NCBI RefSeq assembly: GCF_963853765.1
Contig: NC_088860.1
Span: forward strand, 38,750,001 to 38,814,000
DNA length: 64,000 bases
Reading direction: 5' to 3'
Source of the DNA: Magallana gigas
Taxonomy: Eukaryota
Numbering within the stretch: the stretch's first letter is position 1; each line of letters opens with the position of its first letter. The position numbers and the translations under genes are program-made. Under the pieces are notes generated by a model that was not told where the DNA came from, made no database searches, and worked only from the letters and a program-made list of their open reading frames with translations. Below, piece by piece: positions 46,674 to 58,470 of the stretch.

Positions 46674-49600
46674 TCATTGTTTCTTTCTTTCATTTTCATT
46701 GATATCAATAACATCAGTTTCGTCCTTTTGAAAAGCTCTATTTTGATAGTGTTGTGTTCCGTTCAAATGAATATCTGTCAACTGAACATGACCATTCATT
46801 TTCCCATTTTGGATTTGGATTCCATTTTTCTTTTCCTCATTTTCTATCATATCGGCAACTATCCTGCTTAGTCCGTCTTCCATCTTCGTTTTGTGCAAGT
46901 TTTCGAAGTCCACAAAATTATTGTCGTCGTGTTTAATGTACAACTCGTGGTTTTCGATATCAGGGAGGGCATTCAATAAACGTCTGATAAAACCCTTCTC
47001 ACTCACTTTAAGAGAAACGTGTGTCTTCACGTAAGCTCGTACCTCCTCCCCCATTGTTTCCACATTCACATCATCACCTAGAACCACAATGAGGTGATTA
47101 CATTTTTCTCGCATTGACTTTTCACTGGCGGATCTGAAAGTAAAAACTGACCACTCATTATCTAACTGTTCTCCAGAAAGAAGAAATATGGTATGTAAAC
47201 AGTTGTCAATCGCTTTTAGGACATTTTCCTCTTTTGGTGCTCCAGGAATAAAGTCCCTATCTGGTAGGCATAGTGTAAACCCATTGTCTTCTATAATTGG
47301 TCTCAGTTCGTTCATGACGTACCCCATATCGCTTTCGCAATACGACAGGAAAGCATGTCTTTCATACATCTCCGCGTCCGTGACATCGTTCCCATACATG
47401 TTCTGAATAAGATATTTTAAGTCAGGTAGACTTTTGACTCTCATGTCGTCGCCAGTTATTTGTGGCATGCAGTATAAAAGTTTTTCTTGAAAGAAACTTT
47501 GATTAGCATCAATGTAACGACCTCTTTTGATATATTGCTGCAAATCTTTGTCTGGAATTTCTTTTAAATTCACATCGTATGACACAACAATGGCGTAGTT
47601 AGTTTTAAGAGCTTTAATCTTTTCTTGGGTCTCATTCCATGCAATTTTTAAGATGTCGTCGTTTATGAATTCCTTTGAGAGCACGATTACTATTCTTTTA
47701 CTATGTTTCACCAACGTGGCAATATTTTCTTGGTATGAAAATCCTGCTACAAAATCTCGCATCATTTCGCAAACTAAATAATGAGCACTACTGAATTCCA
47801 AATATTCAACAACATTTTCCATTACCCATTTCGTCGCTGCTGGTGAATGTACCACTAGTACATCTACAATTTCTTTACAGTCCTTATCCTGATCAAAGGG
47901 GTGAAATCCAAGGTATATATAAAGTAGGACCTTGATTTCAAGCCTATAAATGTACATCAGGCAAATGGTTATAATCATCAAGACTAAAACAACAGATGCA
48001 ATCACACTTGGAACAAGAACCTTATTATAAGAATCAAAGTTTTCCAGGCATACAAACTCGTTGTCTGGTACACTTAGAAATTGTCTTCCATTTTCGTGTT
48101 CTTTATCAACGTTACACGTAACTTTTTGCGAATTAATGGTTATATTTGGTTTATTTAACATCCAATGTTTCAACCAAACCGTATTGCAATCACATTTAAA
48201 GGGATTATCTTCTATATTAAGTTTTCCTGAGAAATAGTCCTGGATTTCAGAAGGCAAAGATACCAAAAAATTAAAGTTCAAAAATAGTTCCTGAAGGTTT
48301 TTCAATTGACGGAACACACTAGACTCAATTTGTGCAAGACTATTATGAGACAAATAAAATGAACGAATGTGGTTGAGGTATATTCTATTACTTAATGTTG
48401 TTATGTTGTTTTGATGAAACCAGAGGTCCAAGCTACCAGAAGGTAACATTTTAGGTAAAGAGCGAAACCCTCTATTACGACAGTCTACGATGGTTATATT
48501 GCTGAGAGATCTTTCATAACATGAGCAGTTGAATGGGCAAAGTGGTATATTTTTCTCGCAATATGTGTCCTTTTCGGGGACTTCTAGTAAACTGTGGCTT
48601 TCAAACTCAGCTGGCCATTGGCATTTCCAATCGAAGCTTTTATCAGCTTCAAGAATATTGTCTTTTATTAAAAAGTTCAATACTTTTGAAATTTGGTTAA
48701 TTCTGCAATCACAGCGAAGAGGATTGTCTTCCAAAATAAATTTGAAAGTTTTAAACACCAGAAGAAGATTTTGGTGCAGTTGTTCAATTTCTTTTGATTT
48801 TATCTCGTTAACCTCATAGTTTGGTATTTCCAAATTGTCAATTTTGCTTCCAGTTAAATCCAAGATAACTGAGTGTTTATCGTCGATTGGCTGTCTGACA
48901 ACGAAATTTTGGTTTTCTACTGTTGTTTCGTTATTTACTCCATCTTGAATCGGATTTCTTGTAAAGTCTAAAATTGTTTGAGTAAAGTTTTTAAATTTCG
49001 CATTTGTGTTTTTCAAACTTATTTTTTCTAATAATTGAAGTGAGAACACAACCTCTGGGACCTCGGAGAACCCATTACCGTCAAGAATAAGCTTCTTAAA
49101 TTCTATAGAGCGACTTGGGAAAACGTTTGCATGTATTGCCGCAATTTTATTATATTCCAAATGAAGTTCCCGTAAGAGCCTCAAATGAGAAAAAGTGTTT
49201 TGTTCAATGTTGCTTATTTTGTTTCCGGAAAAGTCCAAGTACACCAAATTCAAATTATCAGAAAAATGATCGGATGACAGATAACTGATATGGTTGTTTT
49301 TAAAATCAAGATGTCGAAGTTCATTTAAGCCTTTAAAAGAGTCTGTTGGAACATGTACCAACTCATTAAAACTTAGATCCAAATACTGAAACCCTCTAAG
49401 ATTTCTAAAGGTATCATTACTGATAGTATGAAGTCTATTTCTGGATAAGTCGAGTTTATGTAGAAATCCTCTGAAAGTGTGGTTGGAAAGATCCGTAATT
49501 TGGTTTTTGCTTAGTGACATTGTTTTCATATGCATGTCATTAGGTACTTGAATGTGAAAAATTTCAGCGAATTCATAGTGTTCTGTATCGGTTCTGGACA

Positions 49601-50369
49601 TGTTGAAACTTAAATGCAACCAAACATCACTCCATGGAAAATCTGGAGGTTGCATCAGGTCGGAGTTTTCAATGGAGAGGACTTGTAATCTCGGAAACAT
49701 ACTGGGTAACTGAGAGAGATACTGCTTCATTGGGAACTTTACAAAGTTAATTTCTTTCATGTAAGGAAAGGTGGTGTTGCAATAAAAAAGCTCCTTGATA
49801 GATTTGACTGAGTTTGTTAAATTTTTAGGCATATACGTGATACCTTCTAGGGTATTCCACACTTTACAGCTATTTCTATGAATTGGTTCTCCGTCACAGT
49901 ATTTCATATCTAATGATGGATATTTTGTGTAGAAGTTGACCATAAATATCTTGAATCGGTTTTGAATCGGATACAGTTGCTCCTGGGATATTGTACAATC
50001 CTTAATCTGTATATATGACATCACATTTGGTAAAAATGGCCTGTGGTCGTCAGTAAAATATACTTCAACATCTTTATGACACAAGAACACTAGTACTGCA
50101 TAAACAGGTTTGGTGTCAAAGTTGAAGGCGTCGATAAATTCTTTCGTATCCACATAACACCTGGAATCAGTGTAGGGTTCCATGAGAAATAAAAATAATC
50201 CGAACATTTTGGTTTCCATAGTTTCATTGAGATAGTGCATGGTATTTGGTGCTGGCTGTTCACGTAAGTAAAATTCACATTTAGGAATTCTACAGTTGGT
50301 TACGTTTTGAAGATAAACCACCGAAAACAGACTACAAACGCACATAACTCGTAACAGTATTGGCTCCAT
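46674..50369 (-). CDS. TLR-D: multiple-cysteine-cluster Toll-like receptor with twin TIR domains, 1231 aa
   Basis: Signal peptide (MEPILLRVMCVCSLFSVVYL), LRRs, NPLRCDC / CPFNCSC / NPFKCDC clusters, TM at about 47945-48020, TIR1 (DVLVVH...RDFVAG), TIR2 (HAFLSY...LPDRDFIPG), N/E/D-rich tail. Confidence 0.95.
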   Translation of the reverse strand: MEPILLRVMCVCSLFSVVYLQNVTNCRIPKCEFYLREQPAPNTMHYLNETMETKMFGLFLFLMEPYTDSRCYVDTKEFIDAFNFDTKPVYAVLVFLCHKDVEVYFTDDHRPFLPNVMSYIQIKDCTISQEQLYPIQNRFKIFMVNFYTKYPSLDMKYCDGEPIHRNSCKVWNTLEGITYMPKNLTNSVKSIKELFYCNTTFPYMKEINFVKFPMKQYLSQLPSMFPRLQVLSIENSDLMQPPDFPWSDVWLHLSFNMSRTDTEHYEFAEIFHIQVPNDMHMKTMSLSKNQITDLSNHTFRGFLHKLDLSRNRLHTISNDTFRNLRGFQYLDLSFNELVHVPTDSFKGLNELRHLDFKNNHISYLSSDHFSDNLNLVYLDFSGNKISNIEQNTFSHLRLLRELHLEYNKIAAIHANVFPSRSIEFKKLILDGNGFSEVPEVVFSLQLLEKISLKNTNAKFKNFTQTILDFTRNPIQDGVNNETTVENQNFVVRQPIDDKHSVILDLTGSKIDNLEIPNYEVNEIKSKEIEQLHQNLLLVFKTFKFILEDNPLRCDCRINQISKVLNFLIKDNILEADKSFDWKCQWPAEFESHSLLEVPEKDTYCEKNIPLCPFNCSCYERSLSNITIVDCRNRGFRSLPKMLPSGSLDLWFHQNNITTLSNRIYLNHIRSFYLSHNSLAQIESSVFRQLKNLQELFLNFNFLVSLPSEIQDYFSGKLNIEDNPFKCDCNTVWLKHWMLNKPNITINSQKVTCNVDKEHENGRQFLSVPDNEFVCLENFDSYNKVLVPSVIASVVLVLMIITICLMYIYRLEIKVLLYIYLGFHPFDQDKDCKEIVDVLVVHSPAATKWVMENVVEYLEFSSAHYLVCEMMRDFVAGFSYQENIATLVKHSKRIVIVLSKEFINDDILKIAWNETQEKIKALKTNYAIVVSYDVNLKEIPDKDLQQYIKRGRYIDANQSFFQEKLLYCMPQITGDDMRVKSLPDLKYLIQNMYGNDVTDAEMYERHAFLSYCESDMGYVMNELRPIIEDNGFTLCLPDRDFIPGAPKEENVLKAIDNCLHTIFLLSGEQLDNEWSVFTFRSASEKSMREKCNHLIVVLGDDVNVETMGEEVRAYVKTHVSLKVSEKGFIRRLLNALPDIENHELYIKHDDNNFVDFENLHKTKMEDGLSRIVADMIENEEKKNGIQIQNGKMNGHVQLTDIHLNGTQHYQNRAFQKDETDVIDINENERKKQ

Positions 50370-50574
50370 TGTGAAAAAATGATTGTAGTCTGTCTTATTT
50401 TTTTGTTACTTTTTTTTGTTACCGCTTCTACATCTTTTGTTTGTTACTTTGCATGTTCTCTAACCGAACAAAGATTGATGCACTTTTTCATGATGGAAAC
50501 GATCACATATTTCTTTTTCCCAATCAAGATATTGTTCTTTCACAACGATGGTGTATCCAGTAATTTATATCAAT

Positions 50575-51675
50575 CTGTGAACAAAAAATGATGTTGTAAA
50601 TACAACTGTTTTCATCATACCGATCTAAAACTGAATGTGGTTTTGATCTAGTTACGCTTATAGTATAGCACAACTTAATTGCACACCTATGCAAATTTAT
50701 GTATACACATTTTTCATGATGGAAATAAATCTCTTTGCTGCTGTCTCATTTGTGGACCTAATTAGGAAACCTAAATTAATGAAAATATGCAACAGAATTA
50801 CCTCCAAACTTTTTACATTTCAGAATCTTAAAAATACTATTTTTTTTAATAAACAGATAATAAAAAACCTAAATGGGTAAAAACATACTTAGTTCAACAA
50901 ATAAATGTATAGGTAGTATACTTAATCAAACAATGAAATTAATATCCTATAATATACTCAAGAAGATAACATTTAAATGTAATCATTACAAGTATTATTC
51001 TAAAGTATAAGAACTTGGAGTTCTCTTCCAATACAACCTTAATTTCTAGTAAGAATAGTAAGAATGTTTATCATACTTCTGAATGCACTGAAAAAAAACC
51101 TGGTTCCTCAATGAGAAGTTACCGCAGTATGTCAATGTGTAGTCAGTCGAAGGCTTTTTATGTTTAGAGGTTCAAATGACTATAACGCGAGTTTATCTTT
51201 ATCCAAAAATATATGATATTTGTGTTCCAGTGAGTAAGTTTTGATTGACAGTGCCACTACGTTTATATTTTCTGGGAACCACAAGAGATCCTTATTCATG
51301 TAGTTGATAGATTAATTTTTCTTTGCCAGTCGACATACTGATTTATCACTTCAAACTCTAAAATGACCTGAATTTAATTGAAACGATGATAAACAACCCT
51401 TTCTATTTCTGTCACATTTTATTGTGATTGTCCATGCAAACGAGGGGAAAACAAGATTTAATCACAATTATTGATATATATTACTACAACGTGCATGGAT
51501 GTTTTATTGCAACCTACCATCTTTCTCTATTTCATTTGTTTATTATGAATGATTTGGGGGGTTCTTACTTTTCTTATATAATTTCCTGATAAACATCTGT
51601 GTATTACCATAATTATTAAACATATTAAAACACAATATGAAATGCGCATTAGAAATAGAAGATATTTGATCTTAC
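50575..51675 (-). other. Putative leader intron of TLR-D
   Basis: Minus-strand donor AAG|GTAAGA at 51676/51675 and acceptor TTTTTTGTTCACAG| at 50575, 205 nt upstream of the ATG. Confidence 0.5.
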
Positions 51676-52636
51676 CTTGGCAAGTGAATGCTTGAGTAGT
51701 CCTTAGCTAGCTACAAAAGTCTATTCGTCCCAGTGTATTATTTTTTCACGTTCACCTCCGTCAAAACGAACACAGTGCAATGATTAATAACTATTCCAGC
51801 GAAGAACACGGAAATCTTTAGTCTACCTGAACAGGTGAGTGGCTCAGGTAAACACAAGAGGCAGCCAAGCTCTACCTACATATGTTACGTTTGGATGACC
51901 AAGCCATGTTGGCTGACAGACCAAATTGATTCTGTGTAATCAAGCTAATTTTTTTAAATATTAAGTTTTTTTTTTTATTTAATGCCAAACTTGTCTCTTT
52001 GCTCGCAGAAACGTTAAAAATGGTGCAGGGTTTTTTTCCCCTATCGTTAATCTATTCAGTTTTAAGCTGTGTCTTTATTGAAGGACCCCGACGTAAATGC
52101 TTAAATTGGGCTTCCGTGGTCGTTTACTTCAACAGAAATAAATATTCATTCATTTAATGAGGGTTTTTATTACTATAATTAGAATCAGAGGAGTTTTACG
52201 CACACGTTGTTTCTGCGTTTTTGACATAACATAAAAATAATCATGAAGAAAAAAAAATAAAGGTCAAGGGTTCAAATAGCATCAAATGATTAAGTTCGAG
52301 TTATCTAGGCAACGAGGCATAATGGTTTGAAGATTAAGATTTGTTTAAGTTTAGTATATGCTTTAATTATGTTTTGATACACTTGTCAATGCTAAAATGA
52401 TGCTCAAATGACGTTTAATGGTGTTTGTTTAAGTATCCGGGGATAATTATTCTTGCCAAAGTACATGCCATATATTGCGATAATTCTTGATAATCCCTAT
52501 CTATACATATTATGATGTACAAATTTACCACGAAACACACTAAACAATTTACAATGTTATGTTTATTTAAAACATTGATGTTGATGTTTATATGTTTTGA
52601 ACATGTCGAACCTTGCTGAATAAAATTCACATTGTT

Positions 52637-52774
52637 ACTTCTCTGTAAGTAGGACTTTTGTAACTTCTCTGTAAGTAGGACTTTTGTAACTTCTCTGTAA
52701 GTAGGACTTTTGTAACTTCTCTGTAAGTAGGACTTTTGTAACTTTTCTGTAAGTAGGACTTTGTAACTTTTCTG
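52637..52774. repeat. 26-bp minisatellite (ACTTCTCTGTAAGTAGGACTTTTGTA), about 5.3 copies
   Basis: Units start at 52637, 52663, 52689, 52715, 52741 and 52766. Confidence 0.95.
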
Positions 52775-53448
52775 TTTTCTTTGCCTTCGCAATACAACGC
52801 CAAACATAAATTTGATGTGGCTTTGAATCAATATTTAATAAACTTAAACTTACAACCAAAAATGAGTAGGATAATGGATGGTTATGGCTATGCATGTATA
52901 TTTGTTTGAATAAAAGCAAGTTGGTCATGAAAAAAAGGTAACAATTTTAACTTCGTGCAATATTGGTTTTCATCGATAATTAAGATCATGTCATTTTAAT
53001 TGTACATGTTAAAGCCCAACTTTACCGATAATTGTGGGTAAATATCGGCACAAAGTAATTGCGCATTGAAATTCAACTGAGCACGTCAATTTTAGTACAA
53101 ATATTATAATATTCTTTGATTATTTGGAACTCAGTTAATTCGTACGCACAGTATCTTGTTAGCAAAATTATAGATATATATGCAATATGGTGTTTGAACA
53201 ATTCAATTCTTTACAACCAGAACTCTTTGGAATCTTAGTCTATAAGTTTCAAATGACTACATAAGTGCTAAACGTAGTTATGTCTAATTAATGTCCTTTT
53301 TTAAAAGTGCATAGCGTGCCGTATACAGTGCTTATTGCCAGCGATACAAATTACCGTTACATAAATAATGTCGCTTCGTTTCCTGTCCAACATGATCTAT
53401 ACACACACGTACCGGGATTAGACTCTGACCAATATCGTAGTGAAAACA

Positions 53449-53451
<3 letters not shown>

Positions 53452-53539
<88 letters not shown>
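53452..53539. repeat. (GATA)22 microsatellite
   Basis: Direct reading. Confidence 0.97.
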
Positions 53540-53691
53540 TTAACATCCTCCACGAATTAATAAATTAGGGTAATAAAGTCATATTTCCTCTGTAGGTTTA
53601 AGAGAATACACGAAATTACGTTCCCACGAACCTGAAAATTTTTAGCAATCCACGAAAAATGGCCCCCACGAAAATTAATGATTCCACAATA
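53540..53691. mobile_element. Right half of a TACTGTGGAATC-family MITE lying between two (GATA)n arrays
   Basis: Matches 60518-60669 (TTAACATCCTCCACGAAT...ATGATTCCACA(G/A)TA). Confidence 0.85.
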
Positions 53692-53698
53692 GATAGAT

Positions 53699-53776
<78 letters not shown>
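53692..53776. repeat. (GATA)n microsatellite with one GAAA variant unit
   Basis: Direct reading. Confidence 0.97.
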
Positions 53777-55858
53777 TTTCACTGTTACAGTTTATAATTG
53801 TTTTGTACTGGGCGTATTTTGGGGAAATGTTTGAATGAATGATCAACAAGCCTGCATTGTATTATAAAACATTCTGTGAATATTTACAAATGAGGGATTG
53901 ATATTCTCGAAAATCTATGAAATTTAAACCACAACAAATTCTAAGCAATCCTTAAAATGCCCATGTTCTCGTTAGAAAACCAAACACATCCGACTGGTTT
54001 GCTAGTTTGAGTAGAGTAGCTCGCAATGCAGTATATAATTCATTATCTTAATGGTTAGCTTCTAATTTGTTGATATTGGCCTTACAGTATACATCATAAC
54101 ATTATCAATTCAAGCTTAGCCTATCAAGTTAACCTTTTTACAGTGCATATAGCGTGTATAATTATGGCGTTTATTATCAAGACTATAAAAAGGGTCTACA
54201 AAAGTTTTCTTTTTAATTATAAAATGTTTATCTATAAAGACATAAATGTCACACTCCCTCAGAATATCTGCACCTTAGTGTTGTGTAATAGACTTACGTC
54301 AGTCCATTGTCCCGCATGGCAGAGTGATTATCATTAATTTGTTTTTCTGCAGGTGTTTTCATGAAAATATGCTTATTACTGTTTTTCAACAGTTCCTTAT
54401 TTATGAAGAAGGGTGGTCATTTAGCCTTTTGCTATTAATCGTCCTGACTTAAGATGGTAAATGGCAGTTTCAAGTCTGCTGTTTAAAAGAAGAAGCTGTT
54501 TTAAGAAATGTGTCTAGGTACATGTGTCGCTTGAAGGGTCATTTATCTATAATAGATTACCAAAGAAAGAGTAAAGTAACCATAAAGTTACCAAACAAAG
54601 ACGATATTAGAGAGAATTATCTCAATTTTATGGAAAGATTAATTTTCTTTCAAAGTTGTGCAGAGTCAATAACCGAAATTATTCGTCAGACGATTATATT
54701 AATTAAAAGGAGGGGTGAGAAATATACGGCAGAGATGCTATCATGGATCAAAAATAACATATTTGCATTTTTGTATCGATGATCTTGCACTATAAATGAG
54801 TAGGTAACATCCCTGTGTAGATATATAAACATGTTGTTTACCTCAAACTATACCCAAAGCCTAAGGACTCTGCAAATAGTGCTTTACAAAACAAGATAAG
54901 GTATGCCAGTTGTATTGGCAGTACTGGAGATCTCGTATTGAATTTGTTGCTACAGCTAATTGTTCGGAATGCACGAGTTTTGTTAATTTTCAAAACTGAT
55001 GATAAGATTATTGTTTCATACATCTACCTTCCGTCGTTTGAGAACTCAACGGAATATACGGTCCACGTGATCTTACAAGCGATTTATTATGGCATGAATT
55101 AGAGTTTATGAAAGGCAGTTAAAGAAAACAACTTCTAATGGATACCGTTATGTACTCTTAACATTTGAGGAAAAAAATGATTACCGCATACATTAAGCTC
55201 ATGAATATGCATTAATCTTCAACATGTCAACAATGATGGATGAAAATGTGGTTGAAATCTATAAAACGGAGAAAAAACTATTTCTTTTTTCCTACTCAAA
55301 AGTCATTTCACATGTCAAATTTTAAAAACAGAATGACAAAAAGGGGTTTATTATAAAACTGAATTTAAATATTAAGAGTATAAATTTCAAGGTAAAAGAG
55401 TTGTACAATGACGATATATACCAAAACGTTGTCACTTTCGAAAATGAAATTTAACGAATCCATGTTTTCAGGCAAAATATAGAATCTGTGAGAAAATACC
55501 AAAACTATATATACATATATACTATTTGTTTTTCTCTGAGTATTATGAATTAGTGTTTCATAAAAATAATTTCTTGTAATAATCACCCATAGTACTTGAA
55601 TACCGTTTTGCGCATTTACTAGTTATTGTTGATTAGTGTCAAACTTCAGACCTGCTTCTTCCAAGAGACGAGTGTACCACACACAATTCTATGAATAATT
55701 CATGAGATATTCAAAGTGAGCGGGTCAAATGATCTTATCTCTTGAATATTTGATTATTTTTATATGTTTCCGTGTGACAACATTCTACGATCCTAACGAT
55801 TCTAGGAATTGCTTGCATACTGACGGTTATCTTAATGATCGAAGTGCAATTGTACAAC

Positions 55859-55861
<3 letters not shown>

Positions 55862-55919
<58 letters not shown>
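55862..55919. repeat. (CT)n microsatellite
   Basis: Direct reading; one CG interruption. Confidence 0.97.
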
Positions 55920-57038
55920 ATATTTCAGTATTAAGTCGTTTTGTCTAGCAAAAATGCCAATGCTACACATCGATAACAGGCACGTAGCGTCGTTTCTGAA
56001 GGGTGGGGTGGAGGGGGCAGACTGACCAAAAATATCTTGACAAACAAAAAAAATAATAATTAAAAAAAAGAGGAAAATATTTGTAATTTAATAAACTTAT
56101 TTGTCGCGAGAAAAAAAGGAGGGGGACCCCCCTCCCCCTGCCTCTCCCCCTAATGCTATGTGTTTGGAAAAAAATATGCTTACCCCTTCCCATCCCCGCC
56201 ACTCCTCCCCACACACCCACACACACCAAAATACTGGTAAATAAACACACATATTGTATTCAATTATACAAATGTACCACAACTGTCCAGATACACGAAA
56301 TAGAGAAGACATCATCAAAACGATATTGATTGAGATCATATATCAAAAAGGCTTATACTACAGTTGTACTAGTATCGAATGATCTTGCAGAGATTTATTG
56401 TGAGAGGGGGTGGACGTAGAAAACAGGACCAGAATTTTCTAATCTCACCAAACAACTGACACAACAACAAAACTCAAGTGGTGTTTTTTTTCTGGTTTGC
56501 GCAGGATGTGTTCAAAAAGACGTAACAACAATTTCATTGACTTTAATTCGTCCTATTTAAGGAAAGGCGGCCAACATCCAATTTAATCTTTAATCTTTTT
56601 CCGGTGATCAGGCGCCGAAGTTAATGGATAAAAAATGCCCTATGTTTGTCGAGTGTTTATGTTTGGGTTTTTGTCTCCCGGGGATTTATCTCCAGCTGCG
56701 GGTGAACAAAAGTAGTAAACAGGCATCCGACTCACTTTCTTTTATCGACATTGATGTATCTGATAGAGGAAGAACACAAACAGTTGGCGCGTTGGCTAGA
56801 TTTCTATCCGGATTTGTTCAAAAGATTGACTTTTATGTTATATAAATACTAAACAACAATTAAAAAAAACCCCAACTTAACTTCGTGTTTGAATATTTAC
56901 TTTTTTAAAGTAACATTTTTTCTTCAGATATTATAGATACATATCTGAATACCTTATCCATTTCAAGAATAATTAGTGTCAAAACTTATAATTTACATCA
57001 TCCAGAAACTCGATCACTATAAAATTGGCCAATTAGAG

Positions 57039-57266
57039 TACTGTAGAATCACTAGAATTCGTGGTGGCTGAATTTTCGTGGTATTCGTGGGTAACCCCCC
57101 CCCCCCCCCCACGAATTTAAATCCTCAACGAAAAGAATTTTAAAAAGAGTTATTTTTGTTACTGAAACAGTAACAGACGCATCAACGAAATAACATCCCC
57201 GCGAATAAACAAAAAAGTCACGATCCACGAAAATTGGCCCCCACGAATTAAAGTGATTCCACAGTA
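57039..57266. mobile_element. TA-flanked MITE (TACTGT(G/A)GAATC...GATTCCACAGTA), Tc1/mariner-type termini
   Basis: Terminal inverted repeats plus internal CCACGAA / TTCGTGG subterminal motifs. Confidence 0.8.
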
Positions 57267-58335
57267 TCTCATACGTTATCCTGCTGAGTTTTGTTTACAA
57301 AATTAAAATTGATATATTTTTGGTACATGTGTACCGACAAAATTATTCGGATACTGTTGAATTATTAAGAAAGTTCCCAGTCATAAGTTAAAAAATTGAA
57401 ATCCAACAAACTCTTTTGCGTTCGAGGAAGAAAAAGACCATAACGAACGACGCTCTTCCAAAGCTTTCTTAAACCAGTACTTCAGAACTTCAGCTAACTA
57501 AAAATTGTCCTTGTTTTTTTTTTCTATATGAAGCTCTTATTTCTCTCCCAAGGAATTAATAAAATCTAAAAAATGACCCCACAATCATCTTAGTCTACCC
57601 TTTCAAATGTACGTTCAGGTTCAATGTTTCAACTTTTTGCGCAGCTGATAATTAAAATATGATAATTGGAAAATTGTGTATGGTAGACATGAATTAACAA
57701 AGGGCCAGTAGCAATTCTTGAGGCCAGATACTATTCATTATGAATATTGTATGTTCTTCAAATTAGATTTCAATGTTAGCTTAAAATACTCATCAAGGGT
57801 GATTTATTTCCTAGCTAGCTATCTAGTGAATGAAAACGAAAGCGCAATAAAAAAAGCTATTCGACAGAAATTATAATTTTTGAAGATAACCATTCAAACA
57901 GTGGTTAAAAAAAAGCTATAAATGTTACATTTCTTATTCTGTCTGAATAAATGGCGATGTTTCCATTTACAGTTGATCGAGTAAGGTTCTTTGGTTTTTT
58001 TTTAAATGAATGATCACTTGTTGTACTTAAACTTTGATGAGAAAAAAAAATTAACACCAATTTAGTTTTAGCTGTATAGAACAAAGTCCTATCTGCAGTG
58101 TCTTTGCGTTTTTGGATCCACAACAATCATATCATACAAAATTGTTTTGATTCAAAGGTTTTTAACTTAACAATGATATCATAATTAATACATTTACACT
58201 TTCCAGTATATTTGCTCGTGATAACACTACGAATTGGTTTTGTAATATAAAGTCAAATACATTTCACAATTGACTATTTAAATACCGATAATTAATCGTA
58301 CAATTGATGAAAATTACATAAATATATTAAGTAAT

Positions 58336-58470
58336 AAAGAATTATTCTTTGAATATTATGAGGTAATCAAATACGGTAGGGCTTGATCAACTCTAACATA
58401 ACGACCAAAACTTCAAGCTTTATTGAATTAGATCAGTTTCGATCGTATTTGACAACACTATAATGCTAAA
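58336..58470. repeat. Third, highly degenerate copy of the palindrome family
   Basis: ATTATTCTTTGAATATTATGAGGT...GCTTGATCAA...GCTTTATTGAATTAGATCA. Confidence 0.5.

Noticed and set aside
52415-52928. Minus-strand ORFs of 138 and 97 aa with repeated KVLLTEKLQKSY
   Set aside because: Translation artefacts of the 26-bp minisatellite.
56624-56845. Protein-like short frames (SLSFIDIDVSDRGRTQT, faintly RT-like; MYLIEEEHKQLARWLDFYPDLF) and a possible 24-nt minus-strand micro-exon
   Set aside because: Too short, with no YxDD or other diagnostic motif and no supporting neighbouring exons.
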